64,000 nt of DNA from a virus (lineage: Duplodnaviria; Heunggongvirae; Uroviricota; Caudoviricetes): the IMG/VR virus record IMGVR_UViG_3300006204_000001. One strand, written 5' to 3'. The notes under the pieces were generated by a model that saw only the letters and a program-made list of their open reading frames with translations, searched no databases and had not been told where the DNA came from. The position numbers were made by a program, and so were the translations under genes. Positions 38,425 through 49,221 of the stretch are shown piece after piece. Numbering within the stretch: position 1 is the stretch's first letter; each line of letters opens with the position of its first letter.

Positions 38425-40134
38425 TTAAATTCTCTCTTCATATTGTTTATTGTACATTTTAGCATATGATCTGTTTAAATTCATAAGCTGTTCATGTGTT
38501 CCACTTTCTATAATTTTTCCTTTACCGAATACATAGATTGTATCACAATTTTCTATTGTAGATAATCTATGCGCTATGGAAATTATAGTCTTTTCATCTC
38601 CCATATTTTCTATAGCTTTCTGAATATGAAACTCTGATTCCGTATCTAATGCACTTGTAGCTTCATCTAGTAATATTATATCAGGATTTCTTAATATAAC
38701 TCTTGCTAAAGCTATTCTTTGTTTTTGTCCACCTGATAATTTTAAACCTCGTGGACCTACTTCTGTGTCGAATTTATCAGTTAATTCCATAATGAAATTA
38801 TAAATATTTGCTTTCTTACATGCATCTATAATATCATTATCTGTATAACCTTTAGATCCATAAGTTATATTTTTTCTAATTGATCCTGGAAATATAAAAT
38901 TATCTTGATGAACACAACCTATTCTTTTCCTTAACGATTCATCAGTTATATTTTTCATGTCAATTCCATCTATCAATATTGAACCACATTCCGGATCATA
39001 GAAATGATTCAATAATTTAAATAGTGAAGATTTTCCTCCACCAGATATTCCACAGATACCTATCTTTTGACCTTTATTTATAGTAATATTGATATCATTT
39101 AATATGTTATCGCTATCACCATATTTAAATGATACATTAGATATCTTTATAGAATCATTAAATGAACTTAATTCTATATCACCTTCTGTTTTAGTGATAT
39201 TTTGGTAATTCATAAAATTATCATAGACATCTAACATAGATAGATTTTCTGATGCTGTATTCATAAAATCAACTATAGCTGATAATGGATGTATGATTGA
39301 TCCTATTAACGATATAATTACCATTCCTTCTGTAGGTGTCATTTCTCCTTTAACAATAAATGATACTACATAAAGAACACCTAATATCGTAGCTCCATTA
39401 TCTATTAACTGAAATATTCCAGATATAGAAGCATCTACTACAGTTCTTTTCATAAATAATCCATAGGTATTATTATTTAACTCATGAAATTTCATTTGAT
39501 GTATTTTTTGCATTCCGAATGATTTAACTTCTATGAATCCATTAATGATATCATCAAGCTCCTGATTCCTTTTCTTCTTGAATTTATCTGCTTGAGTATC
39601 AATTTCATCAAATTTCTTAAAAGCATATTTCATTAATACTCCACCTATTAGATATATTACTAATATTGGTAACATTATTTCTTTCTTAACTTTATATATT
39701 GCTACTATATAAGTTACTATAGAAACTAATGAAACTATTAATTCGGATATTCTTTTACCTACACGAACTATTCTCCAGCCATATTCACTTAATGTATCAA
39801 TACCAGATGCACTCTCTTTTGTATATAGATTATAATCTACTGATAATACTTTATCTGTAAATTTATCCATAATCTTAGTAAATGATCCATTAAATGCTTT
39901 ACTGATAATGCATTGAGCTATAATTGAAATAATAATCATAGCCAGCAAAATTACTAATAATGGTGGAATACGATTTTGTATATCATCGATATTATCTAAC
40001 AATTCACCTATCATTAGTGTTACCTGTGCTCCCATAACATTAACAAGAGCAGTTAATACAGAGCCCAATAACATACTGAAAAGATATTCTTTCATACCCA
40101 TCCAATATTTTAAGACAATTTTTAGTTTACTCAT
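38425..40134 (-). CDS. ABC exporter half-transporter (TMD + NBD, MsbA/MdlB-like)
   Basis: About 6 TM helices; Walker A GISGGGKSS, signature LSGGQKQR, Walker B/D-loop LLDEATSALD, H-loop IAHRL. Confidence 0.95.
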   Translation of the reverse strand: MSKLKIVLKYWMGMKEYLFSMLLGSVLTALVNVMGAQVTLMIGELLDNIDDIQNRIPPLLVILLAMIIISIIAQCIISKAFNGSFTKIMDKFTDKVLSVDYNLYTKESASGIDTLSEYGWRIVRVGKRISELIVSLVSIVTYIVAIYKVKKEIMLPILVIYLIGGVLMKYAFKKFDEIDTQADKFKKKRNQELDDIINGFIEVKSFGMQKIHQMKFHELNNNTYGLFMKRTVVDASISGIFQLIDNGATILGVLYVVSFIVKGEMTPTEGMVIISLIGSIIHPLSAIVDFMNTASENLSMLDVYDNFMNYQNITKTEGDIELSSFNDSIKISNVSFKYGDSDNILNDINITINKGQKIGICGISGGGKSSLFKLLNHFYDPECGSILIDGIDMKNITDESLRKRIGCVHQDNFIFPGSIRKNITYGSKGYTDNDIIDACKKANIYNFIMELTDKFDTEVGPRGLKLSGGQKQRIALARVILRNPDIILLDEATSALDTESEFHIQKAIENMGDEKTIISIAHRLSTIENCDTIYVFGKGKIIESGTHEQLMNLNRSYAKMYNKQYEERI

Positions 40135-40164
40135 AATTTTTCCTCCTTATGTAACTATTTTTTC

Positions 40165-40190
40165 ATGTCTTATAATTAGAATATATCATA
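40165..40190 (-). promoter_or_regulatory. Early-promoter-like element
   Basis: TATGATATATTCTAATTATAAGACAT, 25/26 identical to 46995-47020. Confidence 0.6.
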
Positions 40191-40223
40191 TAATAAACTA
40201 GTTATACAATAAAAGAAGAATAT

Positions 40224-40249
40224 AAGGATGGGGAAATTTCCCCATCCTT
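40224..40249 (-). terminator. Terminator after tail tube gene
   Basis: AAGGATGGGG-AAATTT-CCCCATCCTT. Confidence 0.65.
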
Positions 40250-40284
40250 TATTCATTTATAGAGATACCTTTACAAAAATAAAG

Positions 40285-41379
40285 TTATTCGCCAAATCCA
40301 TCCCAAGATGGTTTACTACTATAGTCGCCACCTTGACCAGAAAGTTTAGCCTTGTTAATATCCTGCATATCAACAATCTTCTTTGTAGGAGTGTTAGTAG
40401 GATTAAATGAAGGCATATTACCGATATTAGTTCCAGTAGCACTATCTGTAGGAACAGGTCCAAGTGCTCTATTGAATTTACTAACATCATTATCAGCATA
40501 TACAGCATCACCAAGTTCAGGATTAAAGTTAAGTGAGTTAGATACAATACGATACTGTTTTAACAGATCATTTGCAATAGCTGTAATAATAGGTCCTCTA
40601 TATACTACACAATTGAAAGTAATATCATATGTAATGTTATCAGGGGCTTGACCCTGTTCCATATTAAGAATATTACCTTCCTGAATACCCTTAGGATAAC
40701 AATCTGCAAGCATAACAGCTTTCTGAACTTGAGCACCAGATCTATCATGCAGAACATAGATAAATTCACATGTATGATTAGCTTCATTAAATGCAATACC
40801 ATCTGCAATATCAGGATCTGTGGATCTTCTATAAAGTCTTTCTTCAAGACCATCTGCATTGGTACCACCACTGATCCATCCACCATATGTTGCAAGACCA
40901 GAGTTTTCATCACCGATTGCATTCATCCATCCATCAATGACTGTATCAACAGGTAAACCATTTAATTCATATAAACCAAATGTTACTTCTGTAGTATTTA
41001 TTTTAGTGATAGTAGGTGTATTAAATTGTCTCTGTGCAAAACCACCTTGAATAGGAGTAGATGCATTCTCTAATGTTTTATCACCAAATCCTGTTACAGA
41101 TCTATTCATATACTCAAGCATATGTTTAAACTGTATAAACAATGAATTAGGATTATAAAGATTACCATCTGATCCACCAAACATTTTGAGCAATACTCTT
41201 GGTGGTCTAACCATAAATACACGTCCTAATTTATTCATTGCTGGTGAATAATTCATCAAAGCATGATGAGTTGCATTTGTACCACCTACGAATTGTGAAT
41301 AGTTACAAAAATTAGGTGCATTAAATTGTACTGCACCAGTTTGAGCAGTAATAACTCCAGGTATAGCCATATTATTCAC
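40285..41379 (-). CDS. Tail tube protein (putative)
   Basis: Immediately downstream of sheath; YEL.G.P......W...I.D..SG...Y pattern of jumbo-phage tubes. Confidence 0.7.
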   Translation of the reverse strand: MNNMAIPGVITAQTGAVQFNAPNFCNYSQFVGGTNATHHALMNYSPAMNKLGRVFMVRPPRVLLKMFGGSDGNLYNPNSLFIQFKHMLEYMNRSVTGFGDKTLENASTPIQGGFAQRQFNTPTITKINTTEVTFGLYELNGLPVDTVIDGWMNAIGDENSGLATYGGWISGGTNADGLEERLYRRSTDPDIADGIAFNEANHTCEFIYVLHDRSGAQVQKAVMLADCYPKGIQEGNILNMEQGQAPDNITYDITFNCVVYRGPIITAIANDLLKQYRIVSNSLNFNPELGDAVYADNDVSKFNRALGPVPTDSATGTNIGNMPSFNPTNTPTKKIVDMQDINKAKLSGQGGDYSSKPSWDGFGE

Positions 41380-41384
41380 CTCCC

Positions 41385-43859
41385 TTATTTAGTATCAGCT
41401 TGACCTTCAGGTCTTCTGATATTTATTTCAAGTATAATACGTTTAATGATATCTCTAAATTTAACTTCTACATAGCAGTGCATCATCATTCGTTCCTGTT
41501 CAAAATCATCTGCTTTGAATTTGATATCAAGATCTTCAACCATAGTACCAATCCATGGTCTATAAATATTCATCTGAGCTTCTGTATAACCTTTTCTTAC
41601 AGTAGAATTATTCCACTCATATGCATATCCTCTACAAGCTTTTTCAAGACCCTTCTTCAGACTATTTAATACACGTACATTATTTTCTTCAAGTAAAGCT
41701 GAAGCTTCAGTTTGTCTTGTATTTTGTGATTGTCTCTGAACTAATCTACCTTCCTCAGATACAAGATAGTAATTAATTCTTTCTTTGTATAATTTTTCCT
41801 TAACATCCCAATCTATAAGATCAAGATCAGGTTGGAAAGTATTTCTGATCATTTCACCTGTAGGAATAATAGTTGAATCATCATCTATTTGCATAGCAAC
41901 AAGTGATGCATAATTATTAGTAAATGGCTTATTAATACCATATGTAACAATATGTCGAATCATATTCTTTGCAAAGAAGTATCCAATGGTTACATTAATT
42001 CTTCTATTAGAACCAGGATCAAAGATTTCATAATAACCCAAATCAACAGATGATTGTCTACCTTTAAACTTGGATACTGAATCAATAATAGCAGATAATT
42101 CTCTGTTAACTCCAATATTCTTTAATCCTACAAGACCACAATCCAAATATAATGAACATCCAGCGCCCTGTTCAAGGTTCATTTTCATACCATTACGATT
42201 TCTGAATTCATTCAGATCATACAAAGCTTGCTTAACATTGAGATCTGAATAAGTAAATTCATTTTCCGTTGTTGTAAGTACAGCAAGTGCAGTACTATCC
42301 TGATCTGTAAGTACAGTAGAAGAATCATACAAGTATGATATTTGATTTGAGATACTAATAGTTTCTTCAAGTGTAAGATTATAGTTAGCATCAAATATAA
42401 CATCAAGATTGATTCTTGCAGGCGATAAGATATTTCTATCTTTAAGACCTCTAAATGCTTTGACATATTCTCTTGCTAACAAGAGTTTCATCTCAGCTTC
42501 AGTAGGTTTACGTGTTTCATTACCAACAGTGATCTCTTCAAAGTCACCATCTGAACCACCTTCCAGACTGAATCCAATTGACTGTGAAATATCAAGACCA
42601 TTATATTGATCAGCATCTATATCTGTTTCTACACCATCATCATACATGATGTTACCAGATTCATCAATATTAGTAACTGTGTAGATCCATCTATGACCTT
42701 CATTAAGAGGGTCAGCTACAACAAGTACTCTTGCTCCTACAGTAGCAGTAGTCCAATCACTAATATTAAGAGGTTTAGTTGCTCCGGCTGTATTAGGAAT
42801 CTCCAACTCAGGAGCTTCGTATTTCTCACCAGCTTTACCAGTATAATTTCTATAATAAGGAATAACCTCATCATTTTGTGTATTATATACTAAACCAAAT
42901 ATAGGATCGAATTGATCAAGAGTAATAGATTGAGCTTTCATAAGCTCTTCAACATCTTCTTTATTTCCACCTGATGCCTGAATATAAGTCTGATTCTCTT
43001 TAATGATATTTCTATAATATGCATATAAAGTATCAAAACCTTCTTCAAACATTTTAATAGATACAGGTACTGAACCTTCAGAATAGATATCCATTACATC
43101 ATTGATGAATGTACTACCTTTAGTTGCTCTTGATACATGTGTAGAACCTACAAACATATTTTCAATCTTTGTAACTTTTTCATTATTAATAAAATTGAAT
43201 GAATACATTTTAATTCCATAGTCTTTTTCTGCATCAACATCACGAGTAATAGACATAGCATAATTATTACCATAATTACCATGTCCAGTTGCTCTTGTAT
43301 AACCAAGTGCTACTGTCATATATCCTGTTAAAGGATCTGCAGTAACTGTTTCAAGACTTTTTGCAAATGCTCTAATTTGTGCATCTGTTTTTGCTCCACC
43401 TTCAACATATGGATTAGTTGCATATGCTACAGAAAATTTGATTTCCATTCTAATCTTACCAGTTTCCTGTCCAAGATCATCAAGAATTTTTCCTCTTCTA
43501 TAATGTGCTAACCATACGAGATTTGCATAACGAGCATTATCAGGTAATACACGCATTAACCATACTTTTGTATAGCCATTAAATAATTCATCTACCTGAA
43601 TACTTGGCTGACCATATTTAGCAAAATTACTCTCACCAAATATAGCTTTCTTTGTTTCTAAGTCTGTTAAATTAACAAACTTATTATCAATACCTTTATC
43701 AAAGCCAGATACTATAACTGTTGCAAAAGGCATTTCCTTTGTAGATGATGCTGTATAAACAGTTTCATCGTATTGAGAATGATCTCTTATAACAGTATGA
43801 ACATGAGGATGAGAATAAAAAGGTATAATTCTAACTGATGTAGGATCTGTCGTTGCCAT
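41385..43859 (-). CDS. Contractile tail sheath protein (start moved to MATTDP)
   Basis: FG..N..KYGQP, LEGGSDG, INY...QNT....SALLEENNVRVL...K sheath C-terminal motifs; RBS AAGGAG. Confidence 0.85.
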   Translation of the reverse strand: MATTDPTSVRIIPFYSHPHVHTVIRDHSQYDETVYTASSTKEMPFATVIVSGFDKGIDNKFVNLTDLETKKAIFGESNFAKYGQPSIQVDELFNGYTKVWLMRVLPDNARYANLVWLAHYRRGKILDDLGQETGKIRMEIKFSVAYATNPYVEGGAKTDAQIRAFAKSLETVTADPLTGYMTVALGYTRATGHGNYGNNYAMSITRDVDAEKDYGIKMYSFNFINNEKVTKIENMFVGSTHVSRATKGSTFINDVMDIYSEGSVPVSIKMFEEGFDTLYAYYRNIIKENQTYIQASGGNKEDVEELMKAQSITLDQFDPIFGLVYNTQNDEVIPYYRNYTGKAGEKYEAPELEIPNTAGATKPLNISDWTTATVGARVLVVADPLNEGHRWIYTVTNIDESGNIMYDDGVETDIDADQYNGLDISQSIGFSLEGGSDGDFEEITVGNETRKPTEAEMKLLLAREYVKAFRGLKDRNILSPARINLDVIFDANYNLTLEETISISNQISYLYDSSTVLTDQDSTALAVLTTTENEFTYSDLNVKQALYDLNEFRNRNGMKMNLEQGAGCSLYLDCGLVGLKNIGVNRELSAIIDSVSKFKGRQSSVDLGYYEIFDPGSNRRINVTIGYFFAKNMIRHIVTYGINKPFTNNYASLVAMQIDDDSTIIPTGEMIRNTFQPDLDLIDWDVKEKLYKERINYYLVSEEGRLVQRQSQNTRQTEASALLEENNVRVLNSLKKGLEKACRGYAYEWNNSTVRKGYTEAQMNIYRPWIGTMVEDLDIKFKADDFEQERMMMHCYVEVKFRDIIKRIILEINIRRPEGQADTK

Positions 43860-43907
43860 ATCGTTTTTCACTCCTTTTCTAATTTTTAAAGATAACGGGT
43901 ATCTCTT

Positions 43908-43919
43908 TAACAAATTGTT
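43908..43919 (-). promoter_or_regulatory. Late-promoter-like AACA-N6-TA
   Basis: AACA ATTTGT TA upstream of the sheath gene. Confidence 0.5.
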
Positions 43920-43982
43920 ATAATTTACTACTATAAGAGCGATAAAAAAGATAATGGAGGAATTATTCCTCCATTATCAATA

Positions 43983-44723
43983 TTAATAGTATATAATTTT
44001 TTCTAATGGTGATACTTGCTCTTCTACATTATGCCTTGAATTATTAATAGCATTAGATATCATAGTACTTGTATCTTCAAATACCATACCTGAAAATGTT
44101 GATAAATCTCTTACTACTGCTCTTACACTTCCAGTAGCATAATCAAATCCATTAGGATTAGTTTGTCTACCATATAATTGACCATATCGTTCTTTTGTAT
44201 TATTTGGATTACGGTATGTAGCAGCCAATATCATTTCAAATATTTTAGATGGTACTTTAAATGATACTCCTGATATCTCTAAATTTTTCCACCACATATT
44301 GATTGTATTTGTATAATTTAATGTTATAGGTAATTTACCATTTAACACTGATGCTAAAAATGCTTCTGCTACTTCTCTACCATTAGGAATAGTTTGATGT
44401 AATATATATGAATCCTTCATATATTGTAATGTTAATACATCTAATGGTTGACCATGTACATGAATAGTTTCATTTTTAAATTCATATACCATTAGATTAG
44501 TAACAGCAGGTATATTAAATAATTTAATATCTCCTTCTTTACCATCTTTGAATGATCTTACATAACATACAGCAAATGTTTCAATAGATGATCCTTTATT
44601 AATTGCTAAATTAGTTTCAAAATATGACATAGGAACATATAATTCCGTATATTCATTACAATATATTTTACCGTCTTTTGCATATAATAATCCCATTATA
44701 TTTTTTACCTCCTTATACTCCAT
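43983..44723 (-). CDS. Conserved hypothetical/virion protein between terminase and sheath
   Basis: 246 aa ending SPLEKII; typical jumbo-phage synteny. Confidence 0.65.
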   Translation of the reverse strand: MEYKEVKNIMGLLYAKDGKIYCNEYTELYVPMSYFETNLAINKGSSIETFAVCYVRSFKDGKEGDIKLFNIPAVTNLMVYEFKNETIHVHGQPLDVLTLQYMKDSYILHQTIPNGREVAEAFLASVLNGKLPITLNYTNTINMWWKNLEISGVSFKVPSKIFEMILAATYRNPNNTKERYGQLYGRQTNPNGFDYATGSVRAVVRDLSTFSGMVFEDTSTMISNAINNSRHNVEEQVSPLEKIIYY

Positions 44724-46842
44724 TTACTTGATCAAAGAAGAATGGAGATATATCAACTGTACCATCCCATTTACTTTCATTCGGATTTCTCATATTACTA
44801 TATACTTCATCATGTACATAATCTAATGTGAATACAATCTCTTTTATCTCTTCTTCCATTCTGGCTGCATCTTCCATAACTAATTCATCAAATGTAACTT
44901 GTTTAGTTGAGAAAAATCCTGAGAAAGGATCTCTTTCATCAGTTTCTTCCGTATTTAATTGTATAGGTCCAAATATTGGATGATCATTCTTTATAATACC
45001 GAAGTATTCAAGATTATCCCCAGTATAATAACAGAATAATACTATAAGATATGACATTAAGCAGTCGTCATGTTCACCTTTAACTGCTTCATATCTACCA
45101 GTTGGTGTTCTTATGAGTTTACATATATCATCTACTAAATATTCAGTAGTCAATATTTGTTTACATTCATTTACATGTTGGAATAATAACTCAAACATAG
45201 CTGGTCTAGTCTTAGGACCTGTCCAATGACCATATTTTTTATATTGTTCTGATAACATTTTTAATTCCATATCAGGAGAATCTGTTACCATTTCTTCTAA
45301 TTGATTTGTCTTTTGTGACCAATATAAATTTTTCTTTATACTAGTTTCGCATAACATTTGAATCAAATATATTCCCATACTATTTTTCTCTGGTATAAGT
45401 ACAGCATTAGGAATATAGTCTTCAACTAATCTTATTAACATTCTTACTGCATTTGGTCCACTTATATATGGTGATTTAAATTCAGCTGCTATTTGTAAAT
45501 TATATGGATTAACTATAGTAACAGCAAAATTATCACCACCACCTCCTCCAGCAGGATCTATACCTACTATATATGGAATATGTTCATCAAAATCTTTTGG
45601 TCTACCAAATTGATACCCTTGTCCATGTTCATATAAACGAAATCTCCATTTCTTATCTATGATAATATCATTATCTGATTTTCTCATATTAGAAATAAGA
45701 TACTCAATATCTTCTGGTGAAATAGGAGAATTATTAGAACCACGTAATCTTTGTAATAAAATCTCACGTCTAATAGCCATTTTATCACCAGATAATGCAT
45801 ATTGTTCCAATACCCATTTATATGTTTTTCTAACCTGGTAATATTGATATTCCATATAGAATATATTTGTTACTTCACGTTCATGTTTTTCTTCACTATT
45901 ATGATATTCATCTCTACATGCATTTTTATATTCTTCTATTTCTTCTGGAGTCATATCATAAATTTTTTCTGTCCATGGAATCATAGATTTTATAATTGGT
46001 AATGATTCTAAACCTTCTCTCGTATCTAGATTTCCTGGTGTACAAGAAAATGCTCTAAAATATGGAAGACTAGCTGCTGCAGCATTCTCATAAGCTGTCT
46101 TAAATAATGGAGCTGAGTTAGATAATAATTCTCCAAAGAATGGAGTATGTTCGATCTCATCAAAATAAAGTATAGCACCAGAATCACCTCGAGCTAAACC
46201 TTGAGCATGTGATAATGATGTAGGTTTAGGATGTATAATAAGTTTATTATGCATAAGATTATTTTCAAGAGTTTCTGTTGCTTGTCTTGATTTCTTTATT
46301 TTTCCATCAGATCCCATATAACGTTTAAATTGTAACCATTCAGGTAGTAAAGAAATATCATCTTTTAATGTCGCAAGATTTCGTTTAGTATTTTCTGTTT
46401 CCTTACCAAAGAATTGCATATGCAGGTTAGATGATAATTGAAATGCCCATTGTAATGGTCCACCTATGAGACCTGTTGTTTTCCATGTCTGTCGTGGTTC
46501 ACATAAACAAAAATCATAGTGTCTTTCAGCACACCATGTAGCAGCTGCTAATCCTCTATGTAAACCATATTGAACTATACCAGAATCAGTTCTTAATTTG
46601 ACTGCTGTACGCATAAACATCCATGGGTTACTTCTATATTCAATCATTAATGCATCTATTTCTTGTCTAGTTATACGTGGATTAAATGGATCTATATCTG
46701 CTAATTCAGGATGATCTATTCTAAACATAAAATAGAAATTCTTTATACCTAATACTTTCAATTCCTTCGCTGTAAGTTTAAACGAATCATTCGGAGGATT
46801 GAAGTCATACCAAATACCATTAATTTGTTTCAAATCGGACAT
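44713..46842 (-). CDS. Terminase large subunit
   Basis: PRQTWKTT (Walker A), LYFDEIEH (Walker B), GIDPAGG and HDDCLMS nuclease motifs. Confidence 0.92.
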   Translation of the reverse strand: MSDLKQINGIWYDFNPPNDSFKLTAKELKVLGIKNFYFMFRIDHPELADIDPFNPRITRQEIDALMIEYRSNPWMFMRTAVKLRTDSGIVQYGLHRGLAAATWCAERHYDFCLCEPRQTWKTTGLIGGPLQWAFQLSSNLHMQFFGKETENTKRNLATLKDDISLLPEWLQFKRYMGSDGKIKKSRQATETLENNLMHNKLIIHPKPTSLSHAQGLARGDSGAILYFDEIEHTPFFGELLSNSAPLFKTAYENAAAASLPYFRAFSCTPGNLDTREGLESLPIIKSMIPWTEKIYDMTPEEIEEYKNACRDEYHNSEEKHEREVTNIFYMEYQYYQVRKTYKWVLEQYALSGDKMAIRREILLQRLRGSNNSPISPEDIEYLISNMRKSDNDIIIDKKWRFRLYEHGQGYQFGRPKDFDEHIPYIVGIDPAGGGGGDNFAVTIVNPYNLQIAAEFKSPYISGPNAVRMLIRLVEDYIPNAVLIPEKNSMGIYLIQMLCETSIKKNLYWSQKTNQLEEMVTDSPDMELKMLSEQYKKYGHWTGPKTRPAMFELLFQHVNECKQILTTEYLVDDICKLIRTPTGRYEAVKGEHDDCLMSYLIVLFCYYTGDNLEYFGIIKNDHPIFGPIQLNTEETDERDPFSGFFSTKQVTFDELVMEDAARMEEEIKEIVFTLDYVHDEVYSNMRNPNESKWDGTVDISPFFFDQVNGV

Positions 46843-46994
46843 ATTTCCGTATATTTCTCCTTTCTATATAAATATTTATAATGTAATTAACACATATCTT
46901 TGATTTCTAGTATTAGGAGGTTTAAACCTCTTTTCTAAAGTTTTTATATAATTTGGTTTCATACATATATTTCTATAATATATTAAAAAATTAT

Positions 46995-47020
46995 TATGAT
47001 ATATTCTATTTATAAGACAT
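46995..47020 (+). promoter_or_regulatory. Early-promoter-like element
   Basis: TATGATATATTCTATTTATAAGACAT at the head of the accessory gene run. Confidence 0.6.
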
Positions 47021-47053
47021 AATAAAAATATTTAACAAAGGAGGAAAAATATT

Positions 47054-48140
47054 ATGTTGAAACATTTACTTTTTACTCATGATGATTTGGATGGTGCAGG
47101 CTGCAAAATCATTTTCAGTTTATTCTTTGATAAACTTGAAGATGAATTCGATGTTGTTATTTGCTCAAATAAAAATGTCGATATCATGGTATCTAATGAA
47201 TATAACAGCAAAGAAGATGGAGCAAGAATTTCTCCTGAAGAAACTGTAATATGGTTTGCAGACATTGTTGCAAGCAGGGAAATTATGGAAGCACTTAAAG
47301 ATCTTGGTTATGAAGTCAAGATCTTTGACCATCATAGAACCAATTTCTTCGTTCAGCAGATCTTCGAAAGTGCGGTAATAATTCCTGAAAATGATATGGG
47401 AGTTATGCAGTCAGGTACGTCATTGTTATACCAGTACTTAGTTGCTAATAGTAATTTCAATGATCTTTATGAAAGAAATTTATTCAGAGCGATCACATAT
47501 AGCAACAAATGGAAAGTTGCAAATTTTATTGGAGATCTGGTCTTCAATATAAGAAGCTACGATACATTTGAATTCAAGGAAACAAATAATCTTGTAGCTA
47601 AGAAGTTACAAATGTTTTTCGGATTTGTCGGTATCGATATATTCTGTTCTAGATATATCAACAAAATTCTTTTGTGGGCAGTGCAGCCAGCAAATTGTAA
47701 TCAGGTATCTGATAATATTATACTTGCAGATGGTGATTTAGCCTATGTTATTGATCAGCGAATTGTTAACGAACGGGACATCATTGACAAGATTACACCT
47801 GATAGTGTATATGATATTGAAGTCAATGGATATAAAGCAGCATTTTCATTCCCTGTATTTGGGACGAATGTATCAGAACTGGCTTATCAGTTTTTAAGAA
47901 AATATCCAGAATACGATTATCTTTGTACAATTTAGTTGGGCTAATGGAGGGGAATTCTCATTCAGAACAGCTAAAGAAGAAATTAATTGTGGAGTAGATA
48001 TCGCAGAAAAACTTGGTGGTGGTGGTCATCCTAAAGCTGCTGGATGTAATATTGGAGATTGGTTAAGAGACCAATTTATTTGGATATTAACTGAATATCT
48101 CAATGGTAACCTTGAATCTAAAACAATTGTTATTGAATAA
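47054..48140 (+). pseudogene. DHH/DHHA1 phosphoesterase with a +1 frameshift at ~47930
   Basis: THDDLDG, FADI, FDHH, SGT in frame to TAG 47933-47935. DHHA1 tail FSFRT...LGGGGHPKAAG lies in the +1 frame 47931-48140. Confidence 0.85.
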
Positions 48141-48148
48141 TTAGGTGT

Positions 48149-48643
48149 GTGAATATGAAATCAATAGATATAAATTTAAGTGTCAATAACGGTATGACGA
48201 TGCATACTGATTGCCTCCATACCAAGTTTTTGATAACTGGTATTGCTGAGACACTTATTCATATAATTCAGTCATCAGTTATTTCAGTTACTATGGATGG
48301 ATATGAATTGGCAGATACAATGTATTCATATCTTAGCAGAGATTATTGTGGTATTAGTTCTGAAACAGTTATTCTGAATCAAATGAATACGTTTGCAACT
48401 ATTTTGTATAATGTTACAAAAGAAGTTGTTGATAATAATTCTGTAAAATTATGTGACCGATTTCAACCTGGTTACTTAGAAGGAATACATGGTAATAGTT
48501 ATGAAGTTATCATTATGGCTTTATATAAATACCAAATATTTCTTGATAAAGCAAAGGAAGCAAGGTTACAAGTTCCTGAAACAAATTATATGAAATATAC
48601 TGAAAGATTTAGAAAAATTTGCAAAGAAAGGATAGGTGATTAA
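48149..48643 (+). CDS. Hypothetical protein
   Basis: Tandem accessory ORF. Confidence 0.65.
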   Translation: MNMKSIDINLSVNNGMTMHTDCLHTKFLITGIAETLIHIIQSSVISVTMDGYELADTMYSYLSRDYCGISSETVILNQMNTFATILYNVTKEVVDNNSVKLCDRFQPGYLEGIHGNSYEVIIMALYKYQIFLDKAKEARLQVPETNYMKYTERFRKICKERIGD

Positions 48644-49201
48644 ATGGATTTTGATGTTGATTCAATTAATTTGTATATCAAAGATTGTTTTATTAAGGCA
48701 CATCAAAAAGAGCACAGGGATTACTCTGTGCTCAATTATGATTACAGATGGATCTTAATTAAGGACAAAGGACAGAAAGAAAAATGGCATTTGATTCCTA
48801 TATATTCCAAATGTAAATATGAAAGAGTATTAAGGGAAGTTAATAAGAATTTGAAATGGAATCTTCCTAGAAAGTTTAATATTACATTTGGTAAAACAGA
48901 TGATCTGCGGTATCTTCTTTATGAAGATCAATTAGATTATAATTATACCGAGTTTGCTTTTAAAGCATCTGATAAATATAGTTATGTTTCATTATCTATA
49001 TTTGATTCATATACAGATGATCTCATAGAAAATGAAAAACCTCCAAGAACTTTTAAGTTACAGGAAGTATTTGAAGGAACAGAAAAAGAATATTATGCTA
49101 TAAAAGATTGGCAACAATTTAAAGATCTTTGTGAAAAAGCAGGAGTTAATCTTGGTAGAGATTATAAAATAATATGCGGACCCAATGTAAAATTATTATA
49201 A
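48644..49201 (+). CDS. Hypothetical protein
   Basis: Abuts the previous gene. Confidence 0.7.
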   Translation: MDFDVDSINLYIKDCFIKAHQKEHRDYSVLNYDYRWILIKDKGQKEKWHLIPIYSKCKYERVLREVNKNLKWNLPRKFNITFGKTDDLRYLLYEDQLDYNYTEFAFKASDKYSYVSLSIFDSYTDDLIENEKPPRTFKLQEVFEGTEKEYYAIKDWQQFKDLCEKAGVNLGRDYKIICGPNVKLL

Positions 49202-49221
49202 AAGAAAGGTAAGGTGGTAAT

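Noticed and set aside
44713-46842. Intein or intron in terminase or helicase
   Set aside because: Both ORFs are continuous, of ordinary length, and lack intein splice motifs or group I cores.
47933-47944. TAG readthrough or an alternative genetic code
   Set aside because: The same frame hits TAA three codons later and the missing domain is in the +1 frame. Long genes throughout are intact under code 11.
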